Source: an uncultured candidatus Porisulfidus sp. (GTDB taxonomy: Bacteria > Pseudomonadota > Gammaproteobacteria > Poriferisulfidales > Poriferisulfidaceae). From it: a DNA stretch of 64,000 bases. Position 1 is the first letter of the stretch. Each line of letters begins with the position of its first letter. The DNA is taken from the NCBI GenBank assembly GCA_965199755.1, contig CBDASZ010000001.1:768001-832000 (forward strand). Direction: 5' to 3'. This document shows positions 21,064 to 31,163 of this stretch, in pieces. A program made the translations under genes and the position numbers. The notes under the pieces were generated by a model. The model was not told the DNA's origin. It saw nothing but the letters and a program-made list of their open reading frames with translations, and made no database searches.

Positions 21064-22422
21064 TTATAGCAACATAGGAGGATCTTCCATGTGATCCACG
21101 ACGGCTTTGCCAAAGCCGGAAGTTGTCACCAGAGTCGCCCCTGGGATCAACTCCTGCATGTGTCGTTCGACTTCTTGGCGAGTCGCCGCACCGCTCGCAG
21201 CGGTCGACAAGCCCGCGCGTACGCGCGCCAAGTCATAGGTCAGGAACTTGTTGGAGATCGCCCCGGATATGCCCTTGATCACCAGATCGGCCGCTTCCAC
21301 CCAGCCCATGTAGCGTAGCATCATCTCGGCCGACAGAATAATGGAGCCCGGATTGACGCGGTTCTTGCCGGCGTATTTGGGCGCGGATCCGTGGGTGGCC
21401 TCGAACACGGCGACCGCATCGGCCATGTTGGCACCCGGCGCGATGCCGATGCCGCCGACCTGTGCGGCCAGCGCATCCGAAATATAGTCGCCATTCAGAT
21501 TCAGTGTGGCAATCACATCGTAATCCGCCGGCTTCAGCAGGATCTGCTGCAGAAAGTTATCAGCGATGACGTCCTTGATGACAATAGTGCTGCCATCGTT
21601 CGGATTGCGAATTTGATGCCAAGGGCCGTCGCCAATTATTTCGGCACCAAACTCCTCGGCCGCCATCTCGTAACCCCAATGACAAAACGCGCCCTCAGTG
21701 TGCTTCATAATGTTGCCTTTGTGCACCAGCGACACGGAGCGGCGATGGTTCTCAAGCGCATAACGAATGGCCTTGCGAATCAAGCGGCACGATCCTTCAC
21801 GCGAGACAGGCTTGATGCCGATGCCGGAAGAGCCGGGAAAGCGGATCTGGGTGACCTGCATCTGCTTTTGCAGAAACGCAATGACTTCCTTCGCCTCCGC
21901 GCTGTCGCTCGCCCATTCGATGCCGGCGTATATGTCCTCGGTGTTTTCACGAAACACCACCATGTCCGTGGTGTCGGAAGATTTCAGCGGTGTCGGGGTG
22001 CCGCGAAAATAACGAATCGGACGCACACAGGCGTACAGATCCATCTTCTGCCGAATGGAAACATTCAGTGAGCGAATGCCTTCACCGACAGGGGTGGTGA
22101 GGGGCCCTTTGATAGAGATAACATGATCCTGCATGACCTGCAAGGTCTCATCCGGCAGCCAGGAGCCATCGCGGTACAGCTTGTTCGCTTTCTCTCCGGC
22201 GTAGACCTCCATCCAGCAGATCTTTCGTTTGCCGTCGTACGCCGAGCGTACCGCTTCATTGACCACCTGGCGCATGACCGGGGTGACGTCAATGCCAATG
22301 CCGTCGCCTTCAATAAACGGGATAATGGGATGGTCCGGGACCTTAACTTCTCCGTCCGAGCTAACATTAATGACTTCTCCCTCGCTGGGAGGGAGAATAT
22401 GCTCATACTTGGTCGGGGGCAT
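21064..22422 (-). CDS. icd: NADP-dependent isocitrate dehydrogenase (dimeric type)
   Basis: [42 protein letters not shown]. Confidence 0.96.
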   Translation of the reverse strand: MPPTKYEHILPPSEGEVINVSSDGEVKVPDHPIIPFIEGDGIGIDVTPVMRQVVNEAVRSAYDGKRKICWMEVYAGEKANKLYRDGSWLPDETLQVMQDHVISIKGPLTTPVGEGIRSLNVSIRQKMDLYACVRPIRYFRGTPTPLKSSDTTDMVVFRENTEDIYAGIEWASDSAEAKEVIAFLQKQMQVTQIRFPGSSGIGIKPVSREGSCRLIRKAIRYALENHRRSVSLVHKGNIMKHTEGAFCHWGYEMAAEEFGAEIIGDGPWHQIRNPNDGSTIVIKDVIADNFLQQILLKPADYDVIATLNLNGDYISDALAAQVGGIGIAPGANMADAVAVFEATHGSAPKYAGKNRVNPGSIILSAEMMLRYMGWVEAADLVIKGISGAISNKFLTYDLARVRAGLSTAASGAATRQEVERHMQELIPGATLVTTSGFGKAVVDHMEDPPMLL

Positions 22423-22446
22423 AACGCAGTTCGGTTGCGCCGTGCG

Positions 22447-23751
22447 TCAGAACTGTTCTTCTTCGGTCGAATCCTTCATCGCGGTGACGGAAGATGCGCC
22501 GCCCTGAATGACGGTGGTGACGTCATCAAAATAACCGGCACCGACTTCTTGTTGATGGCTAACAAATGTGTAGCCGCGATCGCCAGAGGCGAACTCAGGC
22601 TCCTGCACTTTCTCCACGTAATGCTTCATGCCTTCATCGCCCGCGTAATCGTAGGCCAGATCAAACATGTGGTACCACATGCTATGAATGCCGGCGAGCG
22701 TGATGAATTGGTATTTGTAGCCCATCGCGGACAGTTCGCGCTGGAATTTTGCGATGGTGGCATCGTCAAGATTCTTCTTCCAGTTGAATGACGGCGAGCA
22801 GTTGTAGGCGAGCAGCTGGTTCGGGTGCTCATTGCGCACCGCCTCAGCGAAGGCGCGTGCGAACTCCAGATCCGGCGTGCCGGTTTCGCACCACACCAGG
22901 TCGGCGTAGGGCGCGTAAGCGATACCCCGTGAAATCGCCTGATCCAGACCATTGCAGACTCGATAGAAACCCTCAGTTGTGCGTTCTCCGGTGAGAAACG
23001 GCTTGTCGTTTTCATCGAAGTCCGAAGTTATCAGGTTGGCCGCTTCTGCATCCGTGCGCGCCAGTACGATAGTCGGTACGCCCAGAACATCCGAAGCCAG
23101 TCGCGCCGCGATCAATTTCTGTACGGCTTCCTGCGTGGGCACCAGCACCTTGCCGCCCATGTGTCCGCATTTCTTGACAGCGGCCAGCTGATCTTCAAAG
23201 TGCACGCCCGCAGCACCATTGACGATCATGTTCTTCATCAACTCGAAAGCGTTCAGCACGCCGCCGAAGCCGGCTTCCGCATCAGCGACGATCGGCGCGA
23301 AATAATCAACGAACCCTTCGTCTTCCGGGCCGACACCGCGGCACCACTGAATTTCATCCACACGTTTGAACGCATTATTGATGCGGCGCACCACGGCGGG
23401 TACCGAATCATAAGCGTAGAGTGACTGGTCCGGGTACATGGTCTCGGAGGTGTTGGCATCAGCCGCGACTTGCCAGCCAGACAGGTAAATGGCTTCAATG
23501 CCGGCCTTCACCTGCTGGACGGCTTGCCCGGCGGTGAGGGCCCCTAGGCAGTTGACGTAACCCTTGCGGGCATCGCCGTTGACCAGCCGCCAAAGTTTTT
23601 CAGCGCCTTCGGTGGCGGTGGTGTTGGCGGGTACACGGGACCCGCGCAACCGCACCACATCCTCTGCGGTATAGTCTCGGCGTACATCGCTCCAGCGCGG
23701 GTTGGTGTCCCAATCTTGCTGCAGCGCTTCGATCTGTTGTTGTCGATTCAC
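22447..23751 (-). CDS. aceA: Isocitrate lyase
   Basis: KKCGHMGGK signature, [26 protein letters not shown] end. Confidence 0.97.
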   Translation of the reverse strand: MNRQQQIEALQQDWDTNPRWSDVRRDYTAEDVVRLRGSRVPANTTATEGAEKLWRLVNGDARKGYVNCLGALTAGQAVQQVKAGIEAIYLSGWQVAADANTSETMYPDQSLYAYDSVPAVVRRINNAFKRVDEIQWCRGVGPEDEGFVDYFAPIVADAEAGFGGVLNAFELMKNMIVNGAAGVHFEDQLAAVKKCGHMGGKVLVPTQEAVQKLIAARLASDVLGVPTIVLARTDAEAANLITSDFDENDKPFLTGERTTEGFYRVCNGLDQAISRGIAYAPYADLVWCETGTPDLEFARAFAEAVRNEHPNQLLAYNCSPSFNWKKNLDDATIAKFQRELSAMGYKYQFITLAGIHSMWYHMFDLAYDYAGDEGMKHYVEKVQEPEFASGDRGYTFVSHQQEVGAGYFDDVTTVIQGGASSVTAMKDSTEEEQF

Positions 23752-23790
23752 GTAACAATCCTCTTGAAATGTCGCGTATTAGGATAACAA

Positions 23791-23809
23791 CGCCGCACAG
23801 AGTGCGGCG
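23791..23809 (-). terminator. Hairpin after napC / before aceA
   Basis: CGCCGCAC-AGA-GTGCGGCG perfect stem, followed by TTGTTAT on the minus strand. Confidence 0.45.
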
Positions 23810-23838
23810 CAAGTTTCAGGGCAATTTTATCAGATACG

Positions 23839-24408
23839 CTAGTCGAGGGAACTGAAGGTGCTCGCGTCTGGAGCTGGTTTCGGTCGTCGCGGAACCTTGT
23901 GCGCCACGCCCTTGTGGCAGTCGATGCAGGTCTTGCCGCGCATCGGTGCGCTGTGGTGCTTCTTGCGTGCGCTTCGATCTTGCTTTTTCAGATCCATTGC
24001 CTCATAGGTGTGGCAACTCTGGCATTCGCGTGAGTCGGTGGCTTTCATGCGATCCCACACGCGGTTCGCCATCTCCCAGCGATGCGCTTCGAATTTCTCT
24101 TCGTTGTCGATCTTGCCGCTGATTTCACCCCAGACGTCCCGCGCCGCCATAAACTTCGCGAACACTTTCGGGCCAAGCGGATGCGGCACATGGCAATCAG
24201 CGCAGCCAGCACGTATGCCATATTCATTCTTGTAATGAGCGGATTCCTTCCACTCCGCAGTATTCCACTGCATGGAGTGACACGAGGTGCAAAATTCCGT
24301 GGTATTGGTTGCATCCAGTACCATAGACGTGCCGAGCGCGCCGACGAAGCCTACGGCTACCAGTACTCCAACTGCCGCGACCGAAACTGATTTCCACATG
24401 GGCATCAT
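23839..24408 (-). CDS. NapC/NirT family tetraheme cytochrome c
   Basis: N-terminal TM; CTSCH, CADCH, CQSCH, CIDCH. Confidence 0.93.
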   Translation of the reverse strand: MMPMWKSVSVAAVGVLVAVGFVGALGTSMVLDATNTTEFCTSCHSMQWNTAEWKESAHYKNEYGIRAGCADCHVPHPLGPKVFAKFMAARDVWGEISGKIDNEEKFEAHRWEMANRVWDRMKATDSRECQSCHTYEAMDLKKQDRSARKKHHSAPMRGKTCIDCHKGVAHKVPRRPKPAPDASTFSSLD

Positions 24409-24452
24409 TGTACCGAAAGGATTAGTCTTGACTGTATGCTACAAGTTCCCTG

Positions 24453-25034
24453 ATGCTTGAAGCGCAAGCCCTTGGTTGTACACGCGGCGGGCGTCCTTTG
24501 TTCGCCGAGTTGTCATTCTCACTGCGCGCGGGCGAACTGCTGCTAGTACGTGGCCCGAACGGCTGCGGCAAGACTTCGCTGCTGCGCATGCTGGCCGGCT
24601 TGCTGCCGGTGGAAGAGGGGCACCTTGAGTGGATGCAAGGCCCAGCGCCGGTACTCTGGATCGGCCATCGCACCGGCATCAGTGCGGATATGACCGCATG
24701 GGAAAACCTCCGTTATCTGGCAACGCTGGAAGGGGATCTCTCTCGACTGGATATCGGCGTGTTGGAAGAAGTCGGATTGGCACGGTTTGCGCATACCCTT
24801 GCCTCTCGTCTGTCGGAAGGGCAGATGCGGCGCATCGCACTGGCGCGCATTGCGATTAGTGCGCGGCCGCTGTGGCTTTTGGACGAGCCGATGACCGCGC
24901 TGGATGCCGCCTCCATGCAGTGGCTGGAAGCGCAAATGTCGCACCACATAAATGCCGGTGGCGCAATCGTGATGGCCACGCATCGGGACGCGCCAGAAAA
25001 TATTCCGGCGCGTGTTCTGGAGCTCGGATCATGA
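24453..25034 (+). CDS. ccmA: Heme export ABC ATPase CcmA
   Basis: GPNGCGKTSLLR, LSEGQ.RR.ALAR, WLLDEP. Confidence 0.93.
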   Translation: MLEAQALGCTRGGRPLFAELSFSLRAGELLLVRGPNGCGKTSLLRMLAGLLPVEEGHLEWMQGPAPVLWIGHRTGISADMTAWENLRYLATLEGDLSRLDIGVLEEVGLARFAHTLASRLSEGQMRRIALARIAISARPLWLLDEPMTALDAASMQWLEAQMSHHINAGGAIVMATHRDAPENIPARVLELGS

Positions 25035-25702
25035 TGTGCACCTTGTTCCTCGCGCAATGGCGTCGCGAAATGGCACTGGCATGGCGGCGGCGCGGACGCT
25101 TTCTGCAGCCGTTGTTGTTTTATATGCTGGTCATGCTGCTGTTTCCGCTGGCCATGGACCCGGACCCGGTGCGACTGGAGACTCTGGCTCCCGCGCTATT
25201 GTGGGTCACCGCTTTGCTGGCCGCCTTGCTGGCACCGGCGATGCTGTTCTCTTCGGACTATGAAGAAGGCTGCATAGAACTGTGGATCACCGGCGGTATG
25301 CCGCTGGCCTGGCTGATACTGGCCAAATTGCTCGCCTACACTGTGATCGTATCGCTTCCCCTGATTGTGGCGAGTCCTTTGCTGGGTGGATGGTTCGGAC
25401 TGTCCGATGCCAGTCTGCGGGTGCTGTTTCTCTCCATGGCGCTTGGCGTGCCAGCCTTGTGTCTGATCGGCTCTTTGGGCGCGGCCTTGACTCTGAGTCT
25501 GCCGCGTGGCGGCATTCTGCTCGCATTGATTGTGCTGCCGCTGTATATTCCAGTGCTGATGTTTGGTGCTGGTGCGGTTACGGCTGCTTCTCAAGGGCAT
25601 TCCGTCATCGCGGCGCTGACCTTGCTTGGTGGCATGTTGCTGCTGACATTGAGCCTGATTCCGCTGGCGGCGGCGGCGGCGCTCAAGGCTAGTTTGGAAT
25701 AA
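25031..25702 (+). CDS. ccmB: Heme exporter CcmB
   Basis: LFPLA, DYEEG, LPLYIPVLMFG. Confidence 0.93.
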   Translation: MMCTLFLAQWRREMALAWRRRGRFLQPLLFYMLVMLLFPLAMDPDPVRLETLAPALLWVTALLAALLAPAMLFSSDYEEGCIELWITGGMPLAWLILAKLLAYTVIVSLPLIVASPLLGGWFGLSDASLRVLFLSMALGVPALCLIGSLGAALTLSLPRGGILLALIVLPLYIPVLMFGAGAVTAASQGHSVIAALTLLGGMLLLTLSLIPLAAAAALKASLE

Positions 25703-25712
25703 TAGCAAACTT

Positions 25713-26450
25713 ATGCTCAAACAATTCGCCTTTCTGGGCTCACCTGCGCAGTTCTATACCCGCACCGGCGTGTGGCTGCCATGGCTGTCCGTGCTTACGG
25801 CGATTGGGATGCTGATCGGTTTCTATTGGGGACTGATGGTCGCACCGCCCGACTATCAGCAAGGCGAGGTGTATCGCATTATCTACGTGCACGTGCCTTC
25901 GGCGTGGCTGTCATTGATGGTTTATGGGGTGATGGCAAGTGCCGCAGCTTGCGCTTTAATCTGGCACCTCAAACTGGCGGAAATCGCTGTCTACGAATGC
26001 GCTGTGCTGGGCGCGATGTTCACCGCACTGGCGCTGCTGACCGGCATGCTGTGGGGCAAGCCTACGTGGGGCACTTTCTGGCAGTGGGGTGATGCCAGGC
26101 TGGTGTCTGAACTGATCTTGCTGTTTCTGTATCTGGGAGTACTGGCCTTGCACAATGCTATCGCCAACCCGCGTAAGGCGGCGCGTGTCGCCTCCATTCT
26201 GGCCTTGGCCGGTGTGGTCAATGTGCCTATCGTGCATTACTCCGTAGAGTGGTGGAACACCTTGCACCAGGGTCCGACGGTGAGCAAGTTCTCCGCGCCG
26301 TCCGCACATGAGAGCATGCTGTGGCCGTTATTGTTGATGGCCGTGATGTTCACGCTTTATTTTGCGACAGTGTTGCTGGCGCGTATCCGCATGCGCATTC
26401 TGGAACGCGAAGCCGATCGACGCTGGGTTGAGGAGATGCGCAATGGCTGA
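25713..26450 (+). CDS. ccmC: Heme exporter CcmC
   Basis: YVHVPSA, Trp-rich WGKPTWGTFWQWGDARL, WWNTLHQ. Confidence 0.95.
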   Translation: MLKQFAFLGSPAQFYTRTGVWLPWLSVLTAIGMLIGFYWGLMVAPPDYQQGEVYRIIYVHVPSAWLSLMVYGVMASAAACALIWHLKLAEIAVYECAVLGAMFTALALLTGMLWGKPTWGTFWQWGDARLVSELILLFLYLGVLALHNAIANPRKAARVASILALAGVVNVPIVHYSVEWWNTLHQGPTVSKFSAPSAHESMLWPLLLMAVMFTLYFATVLLARIRMRILEREADRRWVEEMRNG

Positions 26451-26574
26451 ATTTATCGCCATGGGCGGTTATGCCTTTTATGTCTGGACCTCGTATGGCA
26501 TTGTGGTCATCGCACTTGTCGGCGCGGCTTTTCTGCCGTGGCAAAAACATCGGCGACTGCGCCGTGACCGCTAA
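26443..26574 (+). CDS. ccmD: Heme exporter CcmD
   Basis: MGGYAFYVWTSYG plus TM and basic tail. Confidence 0.9.
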   Translation: MAEFIAMGGYAFYVWTSYGIVVIALVGAAFLPWQKHRRLRRDR

Positions 26575-26586
26575 AATCGCAGCCCC

Positions 26587-27042
26587 ATGAATGCTCTGCA
26601 AAAACGTCGCCTTGGTCTGGTGCTCGCCGTCTCAATCGGCGTCGCCGCCGGCGTCGCCCTGATGCTGATGGCCTTCCAGCAGAACCTGCTGTATTTCTAC
26701 AGTCCCTCGCAGGTGACCGCGGGCGCAGTGACTGAAGGTGCGACCTTTCGGCTGGGCGGACTGGTGGTTGAGGACAGCGTCGCGCACGATGCGGATGATG
26801 CACTGACTGTTCGCTTTGTGCTGACCGACCGAGTGGATTCTCTGCCTGTGCAATACCGCGGATTGCTGCCGGATCTGTTTCGCGAAGGGCAGGGGATCGT
26901 TGCCTTGGGTGCTTTGAATGAGGCCGGAGTTTTTGTCGCCACCGAGGTGCTGGCGAAACATGATGAGTACTATATGCCGCCGGAAGTCGCCAAGTCCCTG
27001 GAAGAGGCCGGCGCCCAGCAACCTTATGAGATGAGCTGGTGA
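26587..27042 (+). CDS. ccmE: Heme chaperone CcmE
   Basis: LPDLFREGQG, LAKHDEYYMP. Confidence 0.96.
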   Translation: MNALQKRRLGLVLAVSIGVAAGVALMLMAFQQNLLYFYSPSQVTAGAVTEGATFRLGGLVVEDSVAHDADDALTVRFVLTDRVDSLPVQYRGLLPDLFREGQGIVALGALNEAGVFVATEVLAKHDEYYMPPEVAKSLEEAGAQQPYEMSW

Positions 27043-28997
27043 TCCCCGAACTCGGACATTTCGCACTGGTGCTGGCGTTTGTACTCGCCACGCTGCAAGT
27101 GATTCTGCCAACCTTTGGCACCTGGCGCGGGGATGTCGCGTTGGTGCGCAGTGCGGATTCGTTGGCGCTGGGGCAGGCAGTTATGGTGCTGTTGTCCTAT
27201 CTGGCGCTGACCGCGTCATTCATCATGCACGACTTCTCGGTCGCTTACGTCGCCAACAACTCCAATACCGAATTGCCTTTGGCGTATAGGATCTCTGGTG
27301 TCTGGGGCGCGCATGAAGGCTCCTTGCTGTTGTGGGCGCTGGTGCTGAATGGCTGGACTGTTGCGGTGATGGCTTTGAGCCGCCGCCTGCCGACACTGTT
27401 CCGCGCCCGTGTACTGATTGCGCTGGGCTTTATCAGTCTGGGCTTTCTGGCTTTCATGTTGGCTACCTCAAATCCCTTCGATCGTCTGATCCCGCCGACA
27501 TTGGAAGGCCGCGATCTGAATCCCTTGCTGCAGGACCCCGGCCTGGTGATTCATCCACCTTTGCTATACATGGGTTATGTCGGCTTTGCCGTGGCGTTCG
27601 CATTTGCGGTCGCTGCCTTGTGGGGCGGACAGTTGCACGCCGCTTGGGCGCGCTGGACCCGGCCGTGGGTGACCGCCGCGTGGATGTTTCTGACGCTTGG
27701 CATTGCTCTCGGCAGTTGGTGGGCCTATCACGAACTCGGCTGGGGCGGGTGGTGGTTCTGGGATCCGGTGGAAAATGCCTCATTTATGCCGTGGCTTGCC
27801 GGTACTGCGCTGATTCACTCGTTGGCTGTCACCGAAAAGCGCAATACATTCAAGCGCTGGACGGTATTGTTAGCGCTGCTGGCGTTCTCACTCAGTCTGG
27901 TCGGTACATTTCTGGTGCGCTCCGGCGTGCTGGTGTCGGTGCATGCGTTTGCCAACGACCCAGAACGCGGCGTATTTATTCTAGCCTTCCTCGCCATTGT
28001 GATCGGTGCCGGACTAGGTCTGTTCGCATGGCGTGCCCATCGCCTTGAAAATCCCGGACATTTTGAACTTCTATCGCGAGAAACCTTCTTGTTATTCAAT
28101 AATTTGCTATTGATTATTGCGACATTCTCTATTTTGCTCGGCACGCTGTATCCGCTAATCATTTCGGTGCTGGACCTGCCAACCATGTCAGTCGGCGCAC
28201 CGTACTTCAATGCCATTTTCGTGCCGCTTGCCTTGCCATTGCTGTTTTTGTGCGCAATCGGGCCGGTGGCGCGCTGGAAGAAAACCCGTGTGCGGGAGGT
28301 ACTGCGCCGTCTGCAGGTACCGCTTGCTGTCGCGCTGATTCTGGGCGTGACGATTCCCTTGTCGGCCTACGGCACCACGCCGGGCATCACGATTCTGTCA
28401 ATCATGCTGGGGATCTGGTGCATTGGCGGCGCGATCGTGGTGATATGGCGGCAGTTTGGACGCATGCGCCGGGGCACGGGTGCCTGGTACAGTTTTCGAC
28501 ATATCCCGCGACACCTGTTAGGCATGGCCAGCGCCCACACAGGTCTTGGCGTTCTGGCTCTGGGTATCGCGTTCACCTCCACCTTTTCACAAGAGCGTGA
28601 AATCGTCATGCACGCCGGAGACACGATCACATTCGCCTCACGGGAGTTTCAGTTCCATGGCGTCAGTTCGGTCGACGGCCCCAACTACGATGCCATTCGC
28701 GGCGACATCAGCGTGCATCGCGATGGTGAGGCGGTGACGCGCCTGTACCCGGAGAAGCGTACCTATCGTGTGCAGCGCTCCCCAATGACCGAGGCCGCCA
28801 TTCATTCAACGATCTGGGTGGATATCTACGCCGCGCTGGGCGAGGCGGCACCCGATGGCAGTTGGGGCGTGCGCCTGTACGTCAAGCCCATGATTCAATG
28901 GCTGTGGGGCGGTGCCATTCTGATGGCTTTGGGTGGCCTTCTGGCCATGTCCGACAAGCGCTACCGCTACCGTCGCCGGGACAAGGGAACCGCCTGA
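27039..28997 (+). CDS. ccmF: Heme lyase CcmF
   Basis: HEGSLLLW, HPPLLY, WGGWWFWDPVENAS, SVHAF. Confidence 0.97.
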   Translation: MIPELGHFALVLAFVLATLQVILPTFGTWRGDVALVRSADSLALGQAVMVLLSYLALTASFIMHDFSVAYVANNSNTELPLAYRISGVWGAHEGSLLLWALVLNGWTVAVMALSRRLPTLFRARVLIALGFISLGFLAFMLATSNPFDRLIPPTLEGRDLNPLLQDPGLVIHPPLLYMGYVGFAVAFAFAVAALWGGQLHAAWARWTRPWVTAAWMFLTLGIALGSWWAYHELGWGGWWFWDPVENASFMPWLAGTALIHSLAVTEKRNTFKRWTVLLALLAFSLSLVGTFLVRSGVLVSVHAFANDPERGVFILAFLAIVIGAGLGLFAWRAHRLENPGHFELLSRETFLLFNNLLLIIATFSILLGTLYPLIISVLDLPTMSVGAPYFNAIFVPLALPLLFLCAIGPVARWKKTRVREVLRRLQVPLAVALILGVTIPLSAYGTTPGITILSIMLGIWCIGGAIVVIWRQFGRMRRGTGAWYSFRHIPRHLLGMASAHTGLGVLALGIAFTSTFSQEREIVMHAGDTITFASREFQFHGVSSVDGPNYDAIRGDISVHRDGEAVTRLYPEKRTYRVQRSPMTEAAIHSTIWVDIYAALGEAAPDGSWGVRLYVKPMIQWLWGGAILMALGGLLAMSDKRYRYRRRDKGTA

Positions 28998-29527
28998 TGT
29001 TTCCGCTCCGTTGGATACTTCCGCTGCTGGCCTTCCTGATGATGGTGGCGCTACTGGCATTTGGCCTGCGCGGCGATCCGACCATGGTCAGTTCTCCGCT
29101 GGTCGGTCGAACTGTGCCGGCCTTCACTGCGCCGATACTGGAGCCGTGGGAACCGGGCGTGCAATTTGAATCGACCACGCTACGCGGTGAGTGGAGCATG
29201 CTGAACGTCTGGGCGAGTTGGTGTGTCACCTGTCTGGAGGAACATGATCTGCTCATGCGCCTGTCAGCGCAGATCGCCATTTATGGCATCAATCACAAGG
29301 ATACGCACGTTGACGCATTGCAGTGGCTGCGCGAGCGCGGCAACCCTTATCGGCACAACATCGTTGACGCGGACGGTCATGTTGGCATTGAACTTGGCGT
29401 CTACAAAGTGCCGGAGACATTTCTGATGGATCCGAAAGGAGTGATTCGCTACAAGCACATCGGTGCTCTGACTGAACAGGCATGGCGACAGGAAATGCTG
29501 CCGCGAATTCGTGGAGAGCGCTCGTGA
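28997..29527 (+). CDS. ccmG: Thiol:disulfide interchange CcmG/DsbE
   Basis: NVWASWCVTC, GVYKVPETF. Confidence 0.94.
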   Translation: MFPLRWILPLLAFLMMVALLAFGLRGDPTMVSSPLVGRTVPAFTAPILEPWEPGVQFESTTLRGEWSMLNVWASWCVTCLEEHDLLMRLSAQIAIYGINHKDTHVDALQWLRERGNPYRHNIVDADGHVGIELGVYKVPETFLMDPKGVIRYKHIGALTEQAWRQEMLPRIRGERS

Positions 29528-29970
29528 GTATCTTGCGCTTTGGCCTGATGGCGATCCTTGTGTTGGGTGCGGCGCAAGCGGAGGTGCTTTCTCCTGATGA
29601 AGTGCGCATCCAGAAACTGCTGTACGAATTGCGCTGTCTGGTCTGCCAGAACCAGTCGCTGGCGGACTCGAATGCGGAGTTGGCCGGTGACTTGCGTCAG
29701 CGTGTACGCGAGCTGGTGGAAAGCGGCAAGAATGATGCCGAAGTGATCGCGCATCTGCGTGACCGCTATGGTGACTTCATCCTGTACAGGCCGCCCCTGG
29801 AAGCCCACACGGTGGTGCTATGGGTCGGGCCATTCGCGGCACTGGCATTGTTTGCGCTGGTGCTGATCCGGCGGATTCGAAGACATCACAAGGACAGTGT
29901 GGTGCCGTTATCGGAATGGGATCGCCGCCGCGTCAATACCATCCTGAAGCGCCGGGAGGATGAAGACTGA
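29524..29970 (+). CDS. ccmH: Cytochrome c biogenesis CcmH
   Basis: LRCLVCQNQSLADS, RYGDFILY. Confidence 0.94.
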   Translation: MSILRFGLMAILVLGAAQAEVLSPDEVRIQKLLYELRCLVCQNQSLADSNAELAGDLRQRVRELVESGKNDAEVIAHLRDRYGDFILYRPPLEAHTVVLWVGPFAALALFALVLIRRIRRHHKDSVVPLSEWDRRRVNTILKRREDED

Positions 29971-31163
29971 TGTGGGGCTTTGCAATCGGCATTCTGGTAC
30001 TGCTGGCACTGGCGGTTGTGTTTGCTTTGTGGCCATGGTTGACCAAACCTTCAGCACAATCGGAATCGATGAACGAAGTGCTCGCGCACGCCTATCGACT
30101 GCGCCGAGACGAATTGCAGGAAGACGTGGAAATCGGCTGGCTGTCGCCGGAGCTATTCAGTGAGGCCGAATCGGAACTGGATCGTGGGCTGCTGAAAGAC
30201 ACTCAGGACATCGGAGATTTTGACGTGTCCGCCGACACCCCTCGGCGCATTGCGCCGGTGTTAGGCACTGTCGTGGTGCTGGCGGGCTTGAGCTTATATT
30301 TGGGCTCCAGCGAACTCGTGCGCTTCGCACTGCCGTGGGGGCAGACGGATCAGGAGGAAAGCGCCGAGCAGTTGCAACAGCGTCTGGAAGAACAGTTGGC
30401 TGTGCAGCCGGAAGACGCGCAGGGCTGGGCGCATTTGGCGGAACTGCATCGGGTGCATGACCGCATTGATGAAGCGATCGCCGCCTGGGTTCGGGCCAAC
30501 GCGCTGCTGGAATATTCCGACCCTTCCGCACTGGTGGCATTGGCCGATGTGCTAGTCGTTGCCAACAACGATCAGTTCACAGATGAAGCGATTGATTATT
30601 TGCTGCAGGCCCTGAGGATTGACCCGCAGCATCAAAAGGCGTTGTGGCTGGCTGGCTGGGCGGCGCGTCAGCGCGACCAGACCGAAGCAGCGGTGCAGTA
30701 TTGGGAGCGACTGCTTGAGGCGCTGCCACAAGAGGAAGAGGGTGTGCGCAGCCTGATTGAGGGCTGGCTTGCCGAAGTGCGCGGAGAAGTCCGAGCGATG
30801 CCATCGCGAAGCGAATTGCAGCTGCGTGTGGGCGTGACTTTGGCGGCAGAATTGGAGGCAGATCTTTCGCCGGGTGCGACCCTGTTTGTGTATGCCCGAC
30901 AGGCCAATGGCGCACCTATGCCGCTTGCGATCTGGCGCGGCATCGCGCAGGACTTGCCTGTGGAAGTCGTGTTGGATGATTCCATGGGGATGGCGCCAGG
31001 CATGCCGAAGTTGTCACAAGCCGAACAGGTCGTGGTGCTGGCGCGACTTAGTGAAAGTGGCGAAGCGCTTCGGCGCAGCGGCGACTTGTTGGGTGAATCA
31101 AAGCCGCTGGTGCTTGCCGAGACAGACGCCATCGACATTGTAATTGACACGCGCGTTCCATGA
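29970..31163 (+). CDS. ccmI: Cytochrome c biogenesis CcmI/CycH
   Basis: N-terminal TMs, TPR helices, C-terminal Ig-like domain LFVYA..MPLA..LDDS. Confidence 0.9.
   Translation: MWGFAIGILVLLALAVVFALWPWLTKPSAQSESMNEVLAHAYRLRRDELQEDVEIGWLSPELFSEAESELDRGLLKDTQDIGDFDVSADTPRRIAPVLGTVVVLAGLSLYLGSSELVRFALPWGQTDQEESAEQLQQRLEEQLAVQPEDAQGWAHLAELHRVHDRIDEAIAAWVRANALLEYSDPSALVALADVLVVANNDQFTDEAIDYLLQALRIDPQHQKALWLAGWAARQRDQTEAAVQYWERLLEALPQEEEGVRSLIEGWLAEVRGEVRAMPSRSELQLRVGVTLAAELEADLSPGATLFVYARQANGAPMPLAIWRGIAQDLPVEVVLDDSMGMAPGMPKLSQAEQVVVLARLSESGEALRRSGDLLGESKPLVLAETDAIDIVIDTRVP

Noticed and set aside
23791-23809. REP-like family from the shared CGCCGCA stem here and at 46121-46141
   Set aside because: Only two short GC-rich stems with different loops; explained as terminators
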